A DNA stretch of 29,027 bases from Thermoplasmatota archaeon. Its GTDB lineage: Archaea; Thermoplasmatota; E2; JACPAO01; JAHFTW01. The position numbers and the translations under genes are program-made. Position 1 is the stretch's first letter. Each line of letters starts with the position of its first letter. Where the stretch lies: positions 1-29,027 of the forward strand of contig JBFJXU010000001.1 of NCBI GenBank assembly GCA_041622975.1. Direction: 5' to 3'. Under the pieces are notes generated by a model. That model was not told where the DNA came from, did no database searches, and was given only the letters and a program-made list of their open reading frames with translations. Below are positions 26,923 to 29,027 of the stretch, in pieces.

Positions 26923-27138
26923 TCAGGCGTGGAACAACAGGTGTAGGCCGAATCGGAGGGCAGCCTGATTGACCAGGTCTTCCTCACTGCGCACCCCGGC
27001 TAGAATGGCCGACGCCTTACCCTGCTGCCAGTGAAGGCTCCACAGGCCTTCCGTCTGGGCGACGCGAACGTCGCCGGCAGTGTTCATCCATGCACCCTGT
27101 CGGATGCGGCTCATGGGTTCGACGCGATGCTTCAACAT
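26923..27138 (-). CDS. Small hypothetical protein (71 aa, MLKHRVEP...)
   Basis: ATG 27138 with a TTAAA box about 30 nt upstream; the ORF-track extension to 27330 overlaps trkH and is unlikely. Confidence 0.55.
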   Translation of the reverse strand: MLKHRVEPMSRIRQGAWMNTAGDVRVAQTEGLWSLHWQQGKASAILAGVRSEEDLVNQAALRFGLHLLFHA

Positions 27139-27283
27139 CAAGTAGACAGCCGCTGGAAGGGGGTTTAAGGATTGATGGTCAACCGTTGTCTGCAACAGGA
27201 GTGAACAAGGCGGATTGAATGCGATTCTCGCCTTATTCGCCTGACCGCAACCAATGAATAGGGCCGCAGCCCAGCGGGATTCG

Positions 27284-28804
27284 ATGCTCCACCCGCGGCG
27301 CGTCGTGGGAGCCATCGGCTCCATCCTCACCTTGTACAGCGCGGCGTTCCTGCTGCCCGCCGTAGTAGCAGTCGCCTACGACGCGCGTGAGACAAACATC
27401 GGGGCCGTGCAGGTTCCGTTGAATGCGCTCATCTTCCTTCTGTGCGCCCTCTTGACATTCATGTTAGGCGCTGTACTGCGCCTATCTGCAGCCAACACCA
27501 ACCCCGAAAACATGGCCGACCGAGAGGCGTACCTCACCGTCGGCATTGGATGGATTGCATTGTGCCTCGTCACAGCAGTCCCATACGTCCTGACAGGCAC
27601 ACTCACCTCACCGGTTGACGCGTTCTTTGAATCCATGAGTGGATTGACTACCACGGGCGCAACCGTGATCGGCGGGCCCTTGGAGGACGTCAGTCCATCC
27701 GTCCACATGTGGCGAGCCTTCACCCAATACATCGGAGGAATGGGCATCATTGTCTTGTCCGTGGCAATCCTAGCCAAGTTGAGTCAGGGAGGCATGCAGA
27801 TGCTACAAGCAGAGGTACCCGGCCCCACCATGAGCCGAGTCGCTCCCCGCGTGGCCCAAACGGCGCGCATCATGTGGGGCGTTTACCTTGCCTTATCCGC
27901 CGTCCTGTTCGCGATCCTCACCGGGATTCTGGCCTTCCGCCACGGCATGAACGTCCCGACCGCAGCGTATGAAGGGCTCCTCCATACATTCACGACCCTT
28001 TCCACGGGTGGTTTCAGCAACCACACCGCTAGCATCGCCTACTTCGATGACCCCCTTATCGAGGGCATCATCATAGGCTTCATCCTGCTAGCCGGGACAA
28101 ATTTCTCACTACTCCTTCTCGCGTCCCACGGAGAATGGAGAACGCTCCTCCGCGACGGCGAATGGCGCCTCTACATGACCAACTTCGTGTTGGTTTCGGG
28201 CGTCATGGCCATCATCCTGACACGGGCCGGCATGGAAGCCATGCAAGCCATCCGTGACGGTGCATTCGTCGTTGCATCCATGATGACGAGTACGGGATTC
28301 GGCACGGCCGACTTCGACCAATGGCCGGACGTGGCACGACTCATCATCGTTTTTGCCATGGTCGCAGGGGGAATGGCAGGCTCCACCGCCGGGGGGCTCA
28401 AGATGGTCCGTGTCCTCTTGTTGTGGAAAATTGTCAGGCGCGAATTCGTACGCATCCGACACCCCCAAGCCATCGTCCCCTTGCGCATTGGCGGCCGCAC
28501 TGTACCCTCCCGCACCATCATGGCCACTGTGGCGTTGTTCTTCTCCTACGTCGCCCTCTGGCTCCTTGGCACCGTCCTGCTCGAGATTGTGGACCCCGCA
28601 TTCGCACGCGTGGAGGATGCCGCCTCGGCGAGCCTGAGCGCTTTGTCCAACGTAGGCCCCGGTCTTGGCGTCGTTGGCCCGACCCAATCCTACGCGGGCT
28701 TGACCATGGCGAGCAAAGTGGTCCTTAGCGCCGAGATGTGGTTCGGCCGACTGGAAATCTTCACCGCCCTGCTCATCTTCCTGCCCGAAACCTGGCGCCA
28801 TTAG
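27284..28804 (+). CDS. trkH: Trk potassium uptake permease TrkH
   Basis: Pore loops FESMSGLTTTGA, STGGFS, STGFG, SNVGPGLG; C-terminal GRLEI; start ATG 27284 (alternative 27254). Confidence 0.93.
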   Translation: MLHPRRVVGAIGSILTLYSAAFLLPAVVAVAYDARETNIGAVQVPLNALIFLLCALLTFMLGAVLRLSAANTNPENMADREAYLTVGIGWIALCLVTAVPYVLTGTLTSPVDAFFESMSGLTTTGATVIGGPLEDVSPSVHMWRAFTQYIGGMGIIVLSVAILAKLSQGGMQMLQAEVPGPTMSRVAPRVAQTARIMWGVYLALSAVLFAILTGILAFRHGMNVPTAAYEGLLHTFTTLSTGGFSNHTASIAYFDDPLIEGIIIGFILLAGTNFSLLLLASHGEWRTLLRDGEWRLYMTNFVLVSGVMAIILTRAGMEAMQAIRDGAFVVASMMTSTGFGTADFDQWPDVARLIIVFAMVAGGMAGSTAGGLKMVRVLLLWKIVRREFVRIRHPQAIVPLRIGGRTVPSRTIMATVALFFSYVALWLLGTVLLEIVDPAFARVEDAASASLSALSNVGPGLGVVGPTQSYAGLTMASKVVLSAEMWFGRLEIFTALLIFLPETWRH

Positions 28805-28847
28805 GGGGAGGATCTCCCTCACTGAACCCCTCGCACGGCTCGCGCTT

Positions 28848-28867
28848 CAGTGCTCCTGGCGGGATTT
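28848..28867 (-). repeat. 20-bp (19/20) direct repeat of the tRNA-Glu 3' end (partner 28976-28995)
   Basis: cagtgctcctgGcgggattt versus cagtgctcctgCcgggattt, 128 bp apart, including 3 nt beyond the discriminator. Confidence 0.9.
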
Positions 28868-28873
28868 TCGAGC

Positions 28874-28976
28874 GTCGTCGCACAGCGACGACCGAGGGGA
28901 GCAGGTCCACAGGACCTGCGACAGAACCCGGGACGGGTTCAAATCCGCCGTAGCGGCGCGTGGCGGTACGCCACGC
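28874..28976. repeat. Cluster of five perfect inverted repeats with 3-nt loops
   Basis: gtcgtcgc-aca-gcgacgac; gcaggtcc-aca-ggacctgc; gaacccg-gga-cgggttc; cgccg-tag-cggcg; gcgtggcg-gta-cgccacgc. Confidence 0.95.
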
Positions 28977-28978
28977 AG

Positions 28979-29027
28979 TGCTCCTGCCGGGATTTGAACC
29001 CGGGTCGCAGGAGTGAGAGTCCTGAAT
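28979..29027 (-). tRNA. tRNA-Glu(CTC), 3' portion (5' end lies beyond the window), CCA not encoded
   Basis: CAGGA-CTCTCAC-TCCTG anticodon arm, CCGGG-TTCAAAT-CCCGG T arm, CAGGAGC-A acceptor end. Confidence 0.92.

Noticed and set aside
27275-27284. CGGGATTCGA, similar to the reverse tRNA T arm, before trkH
   Set aside because: Only a 10-nt match with no acceptor-stem sequence; consistent with chance
28851-28905. Second tRNA mimic at the tRNA-Glu duplicate
   Set aside because: Only a 5-bp acceptor-like pairing (GCTCC/GGAGC); the 5' strand of the T stem is missing, so no cloverleaf forms

Overview
A GC-rich (roughly 60-65% by inspection) window of core-like archaeal chromosome. Thermoplasmatota is my inference, from CCA-less archaeal-type tRNAs, a PGF-CTERM-like tail, several Cys lipoboxes and TATA-like hexamers about 29 nt before start codons. 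About 30 CDSs cover metabolism (FumC, FAH-family, thioesterases, gamma-CA, GGCT), secreted hydrolases (PLD, penicillin acylase, CocE/NonD), membrane proteases (rhomboid, PrsW-fused ABC permease) and transport (K+ channel, TrkH, BASS, ABC). There is no integrase, transposase or CRISPR array. The most unusual signal is non-coding: both tRNA genes are followed 100-128 bp downstream by a copy of their own 3' end, with a hairpin-packed cassette in between. Behind tRNA-Arg(CCT), the cassette plus copy refolds into a 79-nt cloverleaf tRNA mimic whose discriminator lies 1 nt before the TTG start of a zincin-like lipoprotein gene with no TATA or Shine-Dalgarno (SD) element. Behind tRNA-Glu(CTC), the cassette is five perfect triloop hairpins built partly from inverted tRNA fragments. 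Protein calls come from motif recognition only; no searches were run.
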